The position numbers and the translations under genes are program-made. This document shows, piece by piece, positions 20,552 through 32,466 of a stretch of DNA of 64,000 bases. The notes under the pieces are model-generated. The model saw only the letters and a program-made list of their open reading frames with translations. It had not been told where the DNA came from and searched no databases. The stretch comes from Nitrospirota bacterium (GTDB lineage: Bacteria > Nitrospirota > JACRHJ01), in the NCBI GenBank assembly GCA_963845245.1, contig CAWJRJ010000021.1, forward strand, positions 1 to 64,000. The letters are read 5' to 3'. Within the stretch, counting starts at the first letter, position 1; every line of letters begins with the position of its first letter.

Positions 20552-20567
20552 TGTAGCACGCGTAACA
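20552..20567 (+). promoter_or_regulatory. NifA-type upstream activating sequence
   Basis: TGT-AGCACGCGTA-ACA (TGT-N10-ACA), about 90 bp upstream of the sigma54 site. Confidence 0.7.
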
Positions 20568-20655
20568 CTTCCGTAGGTTGTTTCTATCTCAATTTTTCCA
20601 TTACATATATGAACAAACACATGACAGGCAGGCGTCCGCAGACATTATGTCTAAC

Positions 20656-20671
20656 TGGCACGCTAGTTGCT
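20656..20671 (+). promoter_or_regulatory. sigma54 (-24/-12) promoter of nifH
   Basis: TGGCAC-GCTAG-TTGCT, consensus match. Confidence 0.9.
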
Positions 20672-20679
20672 ATATATAA

Positions 20680-21574
<895 letters not shown>

Positions 21575-21588
21575 TGGAGGAGAATCTG

Positions 21589-23031
21589 ATGATAGACACA
21601 AAGCAGGTGAAGGGGTACGTTGACGAACTGCTGGCCGAATACCCTGAGAAGACCAGGAAAAAACGCGACGGGCATATAGTTGTCAAGGAGAACGAGGCTG
21701 CTGAAGGCACAGAATCAGCCTGCAGCAGCTGCGCGGTTAAGTCGAACGTGAAATCCATACCCGGCGTGATGACTGCCAGGGGTTGCGCATACGCAGGGTC
21801 CAAAGGCGTTGTCTGGGGCCCGATACGCGACATGGTGCACCTTTCTCACGGGCCGGTTGGCTGTGGATATTACTCCTGGAGTTCGCGCAGGAACTTGGCG
21901 CAAGGCAAGCCCGGCGTGGACAACTTTGTCCCGTTCCAGTTCACTACAGATTTTCAGGAAAAAGACATCGTGTACGGCGGTGCTGCCAAGCTTGAGGAGG
22001 CGTGTGCGGAGATAAACAGGCTGTTCCCCGGTGCTAAAGGGATATCGGTACAGTCCGAATGTCCGATAGGCCTGATTGGCGACGATATAGAGGCGTCCTC
22101 CAAGAAGATGGAGACCGAACTCGGAATATCGGTCGTACCGGTAAGGTGCGAGGGATTCAGGGGCGTATCGCAGTCACTAGGCCACCATATAGCAAACGAT
22201 GCAATCCGCGACCACGTGCTGGGCAAGGGTACGCTGCCGGACCCCGGTCCGTACGACGTGGCCGTGATTGGAGACTACAACATTGGAGGCGACGCCTGGG
22301 CGAGCAAGAGCGTGCTTGAGGAGATGGGGTTGCGGGTGGTCGCCATGTGGTCGGGTGACGGCGAGCTTGAGACGATGAAGCTCACGCATGCGGTGAAGTT
22401 GAACCTAATACACTGCTACCGGTCTATGAACTACATCGCTCGGCACATGGAAGAGGCCTACGGTATCCCGTGGCTTGAGTACAACTTCTTCGGGCCGACG
22501 AGGATAGAAAAATCGATACGTGAGATAGCGTCTAGGTTCGACGATACCATAAAGGAAAAGGCAGAGAAGGTTATAGCGAAATACAAGCCGACGATGGACG
22601 CTGTGGTTGCGAAATACAGGCCGAGGCTCGACGGCAAGAAGGTCATGCTTTACGTGGGCGGGCTTCGCCCAAGGCATGTCATAGGCGCATACGAGGACCT
22701 CGGCATGGAGGTTATAGGCACGGGTTACGAGTTCGGACACGCCGACGACTACCAGCGCACGATGAGTGTGGTCAAGGAAGGCACCGTCATATACGACGAT
22801 GTAACCCAGCACGAGATGGACACGCTTGTGAAGAAGCTACGGCCCGACCTGGTAGGTGCAGGCATAAAGGAGAAGTACGTTTTCCAGAAGATGGGCGTAC
22901 CGTTTCGGCAGATGCACTCCTGGGACTACTCCGGCCCGTACCATGGCTTCGAGGGCTTCCCGATATTCGCACGGGACATGGACATGGCGGTGAACTCGCC
23001 GACATGGAAACTGGTAAAGGCACCCTATTAA
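21589..23031 (+). CDS. nifD: Nitrogenase MoFe protein alpha chain
   Basis: [60 protein letters not shown]. Confidence 0.97.
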   Translation: MIDTKQVKGYVDELLAEYPEKTRKKRDGHIVVKENEAAEGTESACSSCAVKSNVKSIPGVMTARGCAYAGSKGVVWGPIRDMVHLSHGPVGCGYYSWSSRRNLAQGKPGVDNFVPFQFTTDFQEKDIVYGGAAKLEEACAEINRLFPGAKGISVQSECPIGLIGDDIEASSKKMETELGISVVPVRCEGFRGVSQSLGHHIANDAIRDHVLGKGTLPDPGPYDVAVIGDYNIGGDAWASKSVLEEMGLRVVAMWSGDGELETMKLTHAVKLNLIHCYRSMNYIARHMEEAYGIPWLEYNFFGPTRIEKSIREIASRFDDTIKEKAEKVIAKYKPTMDAVVAKYRPRLDGKKVMLYVGGLRPRHVIGAYEDLGMEVIGTGYEFGHADDYQRTMSVVKEGTVIYDDVTQHEMDTLVKKLRPDLVGAGIKEKYVFQKMGVPFRQMHSWDYSGPYHGFEGFPIFARDMDMAVNSPTWKLVKAPY

Positions 23032-23033
23032 CT

Positions 23034-23069
23034 TTTCTTTGGCCGCTTTCTTTTATGAAAAGAAAGCGG
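23034..23069. repeat. Intergenic REP-like hairpin, copy 1 (nifD-nifK)
   Basis: TTTTCTTTGG-CCGCTTTCTTTT-ATG-AAAAGAAAGCGG. Confidence 0.7.
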
Positions 23070-23086
23070 GACCTAAAAGGATAAAT

Positions 23087-24496
23087 ATGAATACATCGGA
23101 ATGGATTAACACGGTTGAATACAAGGAGCTGAACTTCGCCAGAAAGTCGGTGATGATCAACCCGACCAAGGCCTGTCAGCCGCTCGGCTCGTTCTTCTGT
23201 GCCTCTGGTTTTGAGAACACACTCCCTTACGAGCACGGCTCGCAGGGCTGCACCGCATATTTCAGGAACAACCTGTCGCGCCATTTCAGAGAGCCGTTTC
23301 CGGCGGTCTCGGATTCAATGACAGAGGACGCGGCCGTCTTCGGAGGACGCGCAAACATGCTGGAAGGCCTGAAGAACGCACATGAGATATACAAGCCCGC
23401 AATGATCGCAATGTGCACCTCATGCATGGCCGAGGTCATCGGCGACGACCTCAAGGCGTTCATATCGAACGCGCGTGATGCAGGCTCTATTCCAGCGGAC
23501 TTCCCAGTGTCGTATGCCCATACGCCCAGCTTCATAGGCTCGCACCTCACTGGGTATGACTCCATGCTGAACGGTATAATCGAGACGCTATCGGAAGGCA
23601 AATACAAAAACGGTGAGCGAAACGGCAAGCTGAACATAATTCCCGGATTCGATACACACGTGGAGAACATACGCGAGCTGAAACGCTACATGGGCCTGAT
23701 AGGGATCGATTGCACCGTCCTTGCGGACAACACAGAGACGTTCGACTCGCCGCTCACCGGGGAGTATGAGATGTACAAGGGCGGTACAACCCTTGTGGAC
23801 GCTGGCGACTCGGTCAATGCCATTGGCACCGTCTCCATGCAGTCGTATGCGACTACAAAGACGCTTATGAACATGAAGACCAAGTTCGGGCAGGCCGTCG
23901 AGTCCTTCAACTACCCTGTCGGGATATCGGCTTTCGACGAATTTTTAATTAAGGTGTCCAAGATGATGGGCAAGCCGATACCGGAGGCGATAAAGCTCGA
24001 ACGTGGTATCGCGGTGGACGCGGCGACCGACGCGCACCAGTACTTCCATGGCAAGAGGTTCGCCATATTCGGGGATCCGGACATGATGATCGGTCTCACC
24101 CGATTCCTTCTTGAGATGGGCGGGGAGCCGGCGCATATAGTCTCCACCAACGGGACGAAGAAATGGGCGAAGGAACTTGAGGCAATACTTGCCGCATCCC
24201 CGTATGGCTTATCCGCAAAGGTATACCCGGGCAAGGACCTCTGGCACATGCGCTCGCTTTTGATGACTGAGCCGGTGGACATGCTTATAGGCAACTCGCA
24301 CGGCAAGTACGCGGCGCGCGACGCGGTCATACCGCACGTGCGTATAGGATTTCCGATAGTGGACAGGGTAAACCTGCACCGCTACGCCACCCTCGGCTAC
24401 AAGGGCGCGGTCAACCTGATCACCTGGATAACGAACGCGTTCATCGAAGAGCTGGACAGAAAAAGCGATGACGCGCATTTCGAATTGCTGAGGTAG
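23087..24496 (+). CDS. nifK: Nitrogenase MoFe protein beta chain
   Basis: NPTKACQPLG, HGSQGC, RHFREP, TSCMAEVIGDD, TPSF, RIGFPIVDR. Confidence 0.97.
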   Translation: MNTSEWINTVEYKELNFARKSVMINPTKACQPLGSFFCASGFENTLPYEHGSQGCTAYFRNNLSRHFREPFPAVSDSMTEDAAVFGGRANMLEGLKNAHEIYKPAMIAMCTSCMAEVIGDDLKAFISNARDAGSIPADFPVSYAHTPSFIGSHLTGYDSMLNGIIETLSEGKYKNGERNGKLNIIPGFDTHVENIRELKRYMGLIGIDCTVLADNTETFDSPLTGEYEMYKGGTTLVDAGDSVNAIGTVSMQSYATTKTLMNMKTKFGQAVESFNYPVGISAFDEFLIKVSKMMGKPIPEAIKLERGIAVDAATDAHQYFHGKRFAIFGDPDMMIGLTRFLLEMGGEPAHIVSTNGTKKWAKELEAILAASPYGLSAKVYPGKDLWHMRSLLMTEPVDMLIGNSHGKYAARDAVIPHVRIGFPIVDRVNLHRYATLGYKGAVNLITWITNAFIEELDRKSDDAHFELLR

Positions 24497-24544
24497 ACCC
24501 CCGCCTTTCTTGGAAGAAAGGCGGCTCAAAGAACTTTATAACGG

Positions 24545-24583
24545 TTTTCTTTGGTTACTTTCTTTTTTCTAAAAGAAAGTAAC
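24545..24583. repeat. Intergenic REP-like hairpin, copy 2 (nifK-nifEN)
   Basis: TTTTCTTTGG-TTACTTTCTTTT-TTCT-AAAAGAAAGTAAC; a further hairpin CCGCCTTTCTT-GG-AAGAAAGGCGG lies just after the nifK stop. Confidence 0.7.
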
Positions 24584-24595
24584 AAGGACTTTAAC

Positions 24596-27170
24596 ATGAT
24601 CCCACATGTCGAAAAAAACTTTGAACATAGCTGCCGTCCTAATGCCGCGGAGGGGGTATGCAGGAGCCGTGGCGGGGAGTCGTGCGCATTCGACGGCGCA
24701 ATGATAGTGCTGCAATGCATTGCGGACGCGGCGCACCTGGTGCACGGGCCGATCGCGTGCCTTGGGAACTCATGGGAATCACGCGGAACGGTATCTGACA
24801 AAGGTATCCTGCACAGGCGGTCGTATACGACGGACCTGAACGAGATAGACATCGTATACGGGGCCGAAGAAAAGCTACTTGAAGCGATAAGAAGGACAAA
24901 AGTAGATTCAGGCGCGCAGGCGATATTCGTGTACTCGACATGCGTGACCGGACTGACCGGAGAGGATATAGCGGCGGTATGTGTGAAGGCCGAGATGGAG
25001 CTTGGTGTGAGGGTGATACCCGTGGAAGCGCCCGGTTTCGTCGGGCCGAAGAACCTGGGCAACCGGATCGCCGGAGAGGTACTGCTCGACCATGTAATAG
25101 GCACCGGCGAGCCGGAGTCCGGGTCGCTTGCAGATATAAACCTGATAGGCGAGTACAACATTGCCGGAGACCTGAAAATCGTCGAGCCGCTCCTGAGGAA
25201 GGCCGGGTTTAACGTTCTTTCACGAATCACGGGAAATGCGACATTCAGGGAGATTACCTTTGCGCACAGGTCGCGTCTGAACGTGATGGTCTGCAGCAGG
25301 GCCCTGATCAATGTTGCAAAGGAGATGGAAACCAGATACTCAATCCCATTTGTCGAGGCATCGTTTTTCGGAAAGACGGAGATGTCGAAGGCCCTGCGCT
25401 CGATTGCGGGAATGCTTGACCTGGGCGGTGCGGATGTTTCAGACAGGGTAGAATGTGTTGGTGGAGGTGGAGGAAAGAAGGCTTGATAAGAAGCTTGCAA
25501 TGTTTAGCCACCTATGGGGCAAGAAGGCAGTGCTTTACACAGGCGGAGTAAAAAGCTGGTCGATAATTTCCGCTCTCATGGACCTTGGTATTGAAGTAGT
25601 CGCGGTCGGCACAAAGAAAAGTACCGCAGAGGACGAGGAGAAGATGCGCGGCATCCTCGGCCCGGATGCACCGTTGCACGAGAACATGACGCCGAAAAAC
25701 ATACGGGCCTTGATGAAGAAGCACAAGGCCGACATCCTGATCGCCGGTGGCCGGAACATGTACCTTGCGATAAAGGAAGGATTCCCGTTCGTGGACGTCA
25801 ACCAGGAAAGACACTTCGCGTACGCCGGATACGACGGGCTTGTCAACCTGGCAAGGCAGATAGACAACTCGATAAACTTCTACAAAAGGGCGTCAATCAT
25901 TCTTGAAGACGGGTCGGAACGCACGATACAGGTAAAAGAAAACCAGAAGTTGTCCGTCAACCCGCTCAGGCACTCGTCATCGATGGGGGCGGCAATGGCA
26001 TTTCAGGGAATAGACCGCGCGGCAGTTGTCCTGCACGGCGCCCAGGGATGCAACTTCCTCGGCAAGGCGCTCCTGACGAAACATTTCCGCGAACCAATAT
26101 CTCTGGTCAGCACGAAACTATTCGTGGAAGACGTGGTGATGGGCAGCGAGGAGAGGCTTGCAAAAGTCGTGGAAGAGGTGCGGTTAAAAGAGAGCCCGGC
26201 GCTTATAGGCGTGCTGACTACCGGCCTTTCCGAGGTGAAGGGTGACGATATAGGGATGGCGCTGAAAGAATTTGGTATCGGCATGCCTGTTATCCATGTA
26301 CCGACGCCGGATTACAAGGGCGGCTTAGAGGAGGGGTATGCGCTGGCGGTCGAGAGGCTGGTCGCGCTTGCAATGCCCGGGGAGCGTAACCGCAAGCTGG
26401 TTAATATCCTGGCAGGCAGCGCTCTGACACCGGGCGACATAAACGAGGTCAAAGACACACTTAACGATTTCGGGCTGGATGCGGTAGTGTTGCCGGACCT
26501 TTCCGCAATGGACGGGGGCCGCGAGGGTTTCTCTCCGCTTGCATCAGGCGGGACGACGCTTGGACAAATACGGTCCATGGGTACCGCGCTGGTCACAATC
26601 GGCATAGGGCCGGATATGACAAAGGCGGGTGAACTGCTCATGGAAAAGTGCGGCGTGCCGTTTACTGCATTTGACAGCCTTACAGGGCTTAAAGAATCCG
26701 ACAGGTTTTACAGGCTGCTCTCTAAGACGGCGGGTATGGTAGTGCCGAGAAAGTACCAGCGTGACAGGCAGCATATTGGTTGACGGCATGAGGGACGCGG
26801 CAGTCCGCTTCGGCGGCAGGAAGGTCGCCCTGGCCCAGGAAACCGGCAAGGCGCTTGCCCTTTCGACACTGCTCTCCGAGATGGGCGCGGAGGTGCCGCT
26901 TGCGGTCATACCGGTAAAGACAGAGGCTGCGCCACGCATAATAGCTGGAAGCATCATGTGGGTGATTTCAGCGATATCGCGGGCAGCTTCGACCTGCTGA
27001 TAGCCGGGTCGCACGGCGCACAGGCAGCTCAGGCGCTCGGCGTGCCGCATATGGAATGGGGTTTCCCGGTATTTGAACGGCTTGGTTTCAACGCATCCGT
27101 TAACGTGGGTTACAAAGGGACGTTGAGCCTTATAAATACGATAGGCAACATGCTTGGAGGTGAAAAGTGA
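24596..27170 (+). CDS. nifEN: Fused FeMo-cofactor scaffold NifE-NifN (about three frameshifts)
   Basis: NifE motifs CAFDGA, HGPIAC, KNLGNR, VDVNQER; in-frame transition within ORF 25455-26783 to NifN motifs VNPL, HGAQGC, KHFREP. Confidence 0.9.
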
Positions 27171-27553
27171 AAGTGGCATTCTCAACCACCGACGGTATAC
27201 ACATCGACGAGCATTTCGGACGCGCTGGCCGTTTCGCGGTATATGAATTCACGGAAAGCGGGTTTGTGAGGCTCGAAGACAAGGTCTTCGCCGAAGGCAG
27301 AGACATCCAGGTGGAGTCGACCAAGGGGCTTGGCGAACTCCACGACGACGCAGTCAACGCAAAGGTCGATATGCTTTCGGACTGCAAGATAATCTATTTG
27401 ACGATGATAGGGGGGCCCTCCGCGGCCAGGCTTGTCAAGAAAGGGGTTATGCCCATAAAGGTCAAAGAGGGAGAGTATATAGAAAAGGCGGCGCAGGAGC
27501 TCATGGCAACGATCAAGGATACGCCGCCGCCATGGATGAGGAAGCTAATCTAA
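27167..27553 (+). CDS. nifX: NifX/NafY family FeMo-co carrier
   Basis: KVAFSTTDG.HIDEHFGRA..F.VYE, IGGPSAARL, PPPWMRK. Confidence 0.88.
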   Translation: MKVAFSTTDGIHIDEHFGRAGRFAVYEFTESGFVRLEDKVFAEGRDIQVESTKGLGELHDDAVNAKVDMLSDCKIIYLTMIGGPSAARLVKKGVMPIKVKEGEYIEKAAQELMATIKDTPPPWMRKLI

Positions 27554-27571
27554 ATCAGGGAGGTTTTTATA

Positions 27572-27882
27572 ATGAAGATGATAAGGGCGATAGTAAGGCC
27601 GGAAAAAGAAGACGACGTGGTATTGGCGCTGGAGGGCGCGGGTTTCCCGGCGATGACGAAGGCGCACGTGTTCGGGCGCGGCAAGCAGAAGGGCCTTCAG
27701 GTGGGGCCGGTACATTACGACCTTCTCCCGAAGGTGCTCCTGCTGCTGGTGGTGAACGACGAAGACGTGCCGAAGGTGATGGGCGTCATAACCGACAACT
27801 CGAAGACCGGGTTCATCGGCGACGGCAAGATATTCGTCAGCGAGGTCGAGGACGCTTATACCATAAGGACAGGAGAAGGCCT

Positions 27883-27886
<4 letters not shown>
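27572..27886 (+). CDS. nifI1: PII-family nitrogen regulator, NifI1-like
   Basis: MKMIRAIVRPEK, VFGRGKQKG, YDLLPK, GFIGDGKIFV, AYTIRTG. Confidence 0.85.
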
Positions 27887-28308
<422 letters not shown>

Positions 28309-28407
28309 GGAAGATGACATCCCCCTCTCCCGGCGCAAATACAGCGCCACCCTCCCCCTCGGAGTGGGGAGGGATAAAGGGTGGGGTGCTATTATTAGGA
28401 GGGCGAG

Positions 28408-28683
28408 ATGGCAAAGGGCGTGACATGCGGCGGGAAGGAATGGGTCCCGCAGTTTATACTGGCAATAGACCATGAGCTTTGCATAGGGTGCGGTAGGTGC
28501 TTCAAGGCCTGTGGCCGCGGCGTGCTGAGCCTGGTGGAAAAGCCCTTCGAGGGCGACGATGAGTTCGGCGACGATATGGGGAACAAGGTGATGTCCATTG
28601 CCAACAGGGACGATTGCATTGGGTGCGGCGCCTGCGGGCGCACATGCACAAAAAGGTGCCACAGCTATGAGGCCTCAGTTTGA
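28408..28683 (+). CDS. fdxB: nif-specific ferredoxin III (2x[4Fe-4S])
   Basis: WVPQFI.AID...CIGCGRCFKAC and CIGCGACGRTC. Confidence 0.88.
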   Translation: MAKGVTCGGKEWVPQFILAIDHELCIGCGRCFKACGRGVLSLVEKPFEGDDEFGDDMGNKVMSIANRDDCIGCGACGRTCTKRCHSYEASV

Positions 28684-29053
28684 TCTAAAAATGCTTCCGG
28701 AGATGGGCAAACCCTCCGAAGAGCGCATGGATGAGTTCAACGATATCCTGGCACTCTTGCTCGACAACGCGTTTGTCCGCGACGGGGAGACCGAGAAACT
28801 TGCGCGGTTCATCGCATGCGCATCTCTGAAGGACAACCACCTCTGGCAGGACATGGGGCTGCCGGACAGGGGCGTGCTATCCGCGATTATGAAGGAGTAC
28901 TTTTATCCGCTTTACAGGAAGAACACCCATGACATGAAGTGGAAGAAATTCTTCTACAAGCAGATCTGCGAGCGCGAGGGGTTTCACCTCTGCAAGTCGC
29001 CTTCATGCGGGGAATGTATCGATTACGTCAAATGCTTCGGGCCGGAGGAATGA
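28667..29053 (+). CDS. nifQ: Molybdenum-processing protein NifQ
   Basis: NHLWQDMGL, MKWKKFFYKQIC, Cx4Cx2Cx5C (CKSPSCGECIDYVKC). Confidence 0.92.
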   Translation: MRPQFDLKMLPEMGKPSEERMDEFNDILALLLDNAFVRDGETEKLARFIACASLKDNHLWQDMGLPDRGVLSAIMKEYFYPLYRKNTHDMKWKKFFYKQICEREGFHLCKSPSCGECIDYVKCFGPEE

Positions 29054-29724
29054 CGGTGATTATCGCGCCTCTTCTCATATCTCTGAAGGTTGCATCGTTT
29101 GCTACGGCCTTTGCGCTTGTCGCGGGCGTCGCAGCCGCATTCATGCTGGCGCGCGTCAAGCTCCCTGGGAAAGACCTGATTGACGCATTCATGACACTTC
29201 CGCTGGTGCTACCCCCTACCATAATCGGATACTACCTGATAGTGGCTATTGGCAGGAACGGGTTTATCGGGCGCTGGCTTGAGGACGCATTGGGCGTCTC
29301 ACTGATATTCACCTGGCAGGGCGCGGTCGTGGCGGCGGCCATTGTGTCGCTGCCGCTGGTGCTTAAATCGGCACGGGCCGCGTTTGAGGGTGTGCCGCCG
29401 GAGCTTGAAGATGCCGCAAGGACGCTCGGCAAATCCGAGGGCGCTGTTTTTTTCCTCGTTACCCTGCCCCTCGCATGGAGAGGGATACTTGCCGGGGCCA
29501 TGCTGGCGTTTGCACGGGCGATGGGGGAGTTCGGCGCGACACTTATGGTCGCTGGCAACCTGCCGGGCAGGACGCAGACGATATCCATGGCCGTATATGA
29601 CGCCGCGCAGTCTGGCGACGACAGGCTTGGGATGACGCTCGTGCTTTTGACCTCCGCCGTATGCGTAGCCATACTTGTTATTTCCGGCAGGCTTTTGAAG
29701 TCGCCATGGAGCAGTACGACATGA
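29050..29724 (+). CDS. modB: Molybdate ABC transporter permease
   Basis: LPLVLPPT..GY, LEDAARTLG, FARAMGEFGATLMVAGNLPGRTQT. Confidence 0.93.
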   Translation: MTVIIAPLLISLKVASFATAFALVAGVAAAFMLARVKLPGKDLIDAFMTLPLVLPPTIIGYYLIVAIGRNGFIGRWLEDALGVSLIFTWQGAVVAAAIVSLPLVLKSARAAFEGVPPELEDAARTLGKSEGAVFFLVTLPLAWRGILAGAMLAFARAMGEFGATLMVAGNLPGRTQTISMAVYDAAQSGDDRLGMTLVLLTSAVCVAILVISGRLLKSPWSSTT

Positions 29725-30476
29725 AACTGATAGTTGTTTTATTATTCGCAACAGCAATCTTTTGCCAACCGGTATATGCACTGGCGGAACAGGAGATAAT
29801 CGTCTCGGCGGCGGCCAGCCTGCGGGATGCATTCATAGAAACGGGAAAGGATTTTGAGAAAGAAAATCCCGGCATCCGGGTGATATTCAACTTCGCGGCA
29901 TCGGGGGCCCTGGTGCAACAGATCGCCGGCGGCGCGCCCGTCGACGTATTTGCGTCGGCAGACGAGGCTTCGATGGACCTGGCGGAAAAGAAAGGTCTGA
30001 TACTCAAGTCCAGCCGTCGCGATTTTGCGAGGAACACCCTCGTACTTATTGTCCCTGCCGCGTCCGCGCTCGATATAAAGGGAGTAAGAAGCCTTACCGG
30101 AAACAACGTGACACGGGTAGCCGTGGGAACCCCGGAGACTGTGCCGGCAGGGCGGTATGCGAAAGATATCCTGACGGAGAACGGCTCCTGGGATATCCTT
30201 GAGAAGAAGTTCATCTATACAAACAACGTCAGGCAGGCCCTTGATTATGTGAGCCGTAACGAGGTCGACGCAGGGTTTGTATATGCATCTGATGCCGTTG
30301 TCGCCAAGGGCAAGGTCAGGGTCGTCTCGGTTTTGAAAGGGAAAAGGCCCGCGGTATACCCCATCGCATTGACGGCTGCGAGCAGGCAGGGCGGCCCCGG
30401 GAAAAAATTTATCGAATTTGTTCTAGGTAAAGGCGAAGCCTCCCTGCTGAAATACGGGTTCATGAGGCCCCAATGA
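29721..30476 (+). CDS. modA: Molybdate ABC transporter substrate-binding protein
   Basis: SAAASL.DA, FAASGALVQQI..GAP.DVFASA, VPAGRYA, GFVY.SDA. Confidence 0.93.
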   Translation: MKLIVVLLFATAIFCQPVYALAEQEIIVSAAASLRDAFIETGKDFEKENPGIRVIFNFAASGALVQQIAGGAPVDVFASADEASMDLAEKKGLILKSSRRDFARNTLVLIVPAASALDIKGVRSLTGNNVTRVAVGTPETVPAGRYAKDILTENGSWDILEKKFIYTNNVRQALDYVSRNEVDAGFVYASDAVVAKGKVRVVSVLKGKRPAVYPIALTAASRQGGPGKKFIEFVLGKGEASLLKYGFMRPQ

Positions 30477-31195
30477 ATATAAATGCCAACATAAAACTGC
30501 GGCTTGAGTCCGGTAAAAGGGTTTTTCGCCTGGACGTATCCGTTTGCTCTTCGGACAATTTCACTATCCTCTACGGCCATTCCGGCTCAGGCAAGAGCCT
30601 GACGCTTAAATGCATGGCGGGGATAATCAGGCCTGACTCCGGCCGGATAGCAGTGGGCGGACGGGTGCTGTTTGACTCCTCAAAGAAAATAAACATACCG
30701 GCGCGGGACCGCAGGCTAGGATATGTTTTTCAGGACTATGCGCTTTTCCCGCACTTATCAGTGCTTGAAAATGTAGGGTTCACTTTGAAAAGAGGTTTTC
30801 ATGTCCGGATGCATAAGGATGACGTCAGGCGCGTGATGGATATCCTGAGCCTTCTCGGAATTGAAGATATTGCTGAGGCACGGCCCGGAGAAATCTCTGG
30901 TGGGCAGAGGCAGCGTGTAGCGATAGCCCGCGCGCTTATACTCAGGCCTGACGCCATACTAATGGATGAGCCGTTCTCTGCTCTCGACACGATGCTGCGC
31001 GCAAAACTCAGGGTCGAGCTTAAATCGTTGCAGGAAAGGTACGACATACCGGTCGTCTTGATCACACATGATCCGGCTGATATAGACGCCTTTCCGGGGA
31101 CTGTCGTCAATTACTCGGCCGGGAAGATATGTGCGGCATTGCCGTCAGCCAGTAACCCAGTGTATGCAACCATGGAGGCGCTATGCAGCAGGTAA
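30473..31195 (+). CDS. modC: Molybdate ABC transporter ATPase
   Basis: GHSGSGKS, GYVFQDYALFPHL, SGGQRQRVAIARAL. Confidence 0.9.
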   Translation: MNINANIKLRLESGKRVFRLDVSVCSSDNFTILYGHSGSGKSLTLKCMAGIIRPDSGRIAVGGRVLFDSSKKINIPARDRRLGYVFQDYALFPHLSVLENVGFTLKRGFHVRMHKDDVRRVMDILSLLGIEDIAEARPGEISGGQRQRVAIARALILRPDAILMDEPFSALDTMLRAKLRVELKSLQERYDIPVVLITHDPADIDAFPGTVVNYSAGKICAALPSASNPVYATMEALCSR

Positions 31196-32305
31196 AGGTA
31201 TGCGACACGACCCTGCGCGACGGGGAGCAGGCTGCCGGTGTAGCCTTTTCAGTCGAGGAGAAGGTGACGATAGCTCGACTCCTGGACGACGCCGGGGTGC
31301 ATGAGATAGAGGCCGGGACGCCCGTTATGGGCCGGATGGAACAGGAAGCAGTTGGCAGGATCGCAGGACTTGGCCTTCGCGCAAGGGTGCTTGCATGGAA
31401 CCGTGCGCTTGTGTCGGATATAGACTTGTCGGTCGCAACAGGCGTTGATGCTGTCTCGATATCGCTTCCCGTGTCAGACCTTATGATCGAGCGCAAGCTT
31501 ATGCGCGACAAGGGATGGGTCTTGTCCCAGCTTAAGAGTGTAGTAGGGTACGCCAAGGCGAAGGGGCTTTACGTATGCGTCGGCGCGGAGGATGCATCGA
31601 GGGCGGACATTGGGTTTTATGTCCGAGTACGGGGCGATTGCCGTAAGGCTCGGGGCGGACCGTATACGCTTCTCTGACACAGTGGGCGTGCTCGACCCGT
31701 TTCTGATATACGACAAGGTGTCCGAACTGGTAAAAGAGATTTCGATACCCGTGGAAGTACACACGCACAACGACTTCGGCCTTGCAACAGCAAACGCGCT
31801 CGCTGGGCTCCGCGCGGGCGCGGCCTACGTCAGCACAACCGTGCTGGGTATCGGCGAGCGCGCAGGCAACGCGGCCCTCGAAGAGGTCGTGCTTGCGACG
31901 AGGCATATAATGAAGCTCGACTGCGGTATCGACGCCTCAAGGCTTGCCAGGCTTTGCAGTTATGTGGCAAAGGTATCGGGAAGACCCATCCCTTCAGGCA
32001 AGCCGGTGGTGGGGGGCAGGATATTCAGCCACGAGTCGGGCATCCACGCCGACGGTGTGCTGAAGGACCCGTTATCGTACGAGGCATACCCGCCCGAGGA
32101 AGTAGGGTTGTTGAGAGAAATTGCAATAGGGAAACATTCCGGGCGTGCCGCTCTCGTGCACCGTTTTGCAAAGCTCGGCATAGACCTGAGCCTTGAGGAC
32201 GCGGAGGGCATGCTCGCCGAAGTCAGATGCATAAGCGTAGGCCTCAAACGGAGCCTCGACGACGAGGAGCTTGTACGGCTCTACAAGTCCAGGCCCGCTG
32301 CATAA
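31183..32305 (+). CDS. nifV: Homocitrate synthase (frameshift near 31615)
   Basis: DTTLRDGEQ, GAEDASRAD, HTHNDFGLATAN, GIGERAGNA, HESGIHADG, IGKHSG. Confidence 0.92.
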
Positions 32306-32317
32306 CACCTACAACAA

Positions 32318-32333
32318 TGTAATATTCGATACA
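32318..32333 (+). promoter_or_regulatory. NifA-type UAS upstream of nifB
   Basis: TGT-AATATTCGAT-ACA. Confidence 0.7.
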
Positions 32334-32407
32334 TTCCCGTTGTTTTTTTCTCGCCTTCATTTCCCGGGGCAGCTGTCTACACCTTGATATTAAAAGGAAA
32401 AGACTTC

Positions 32408-32423
32408 TGGCACACGGGTTGCA
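32408..32423 (+). promoter_or_regulatory. sigma54 promoter of nifB
   Basis: TGGCAC-ACGGG-TTGCA. Confidence 0.88.
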
Positions 32424-32466
32424 ATTATAGTTAGGACAACAGTAACCCATTTGATCCGGAGGAGCC

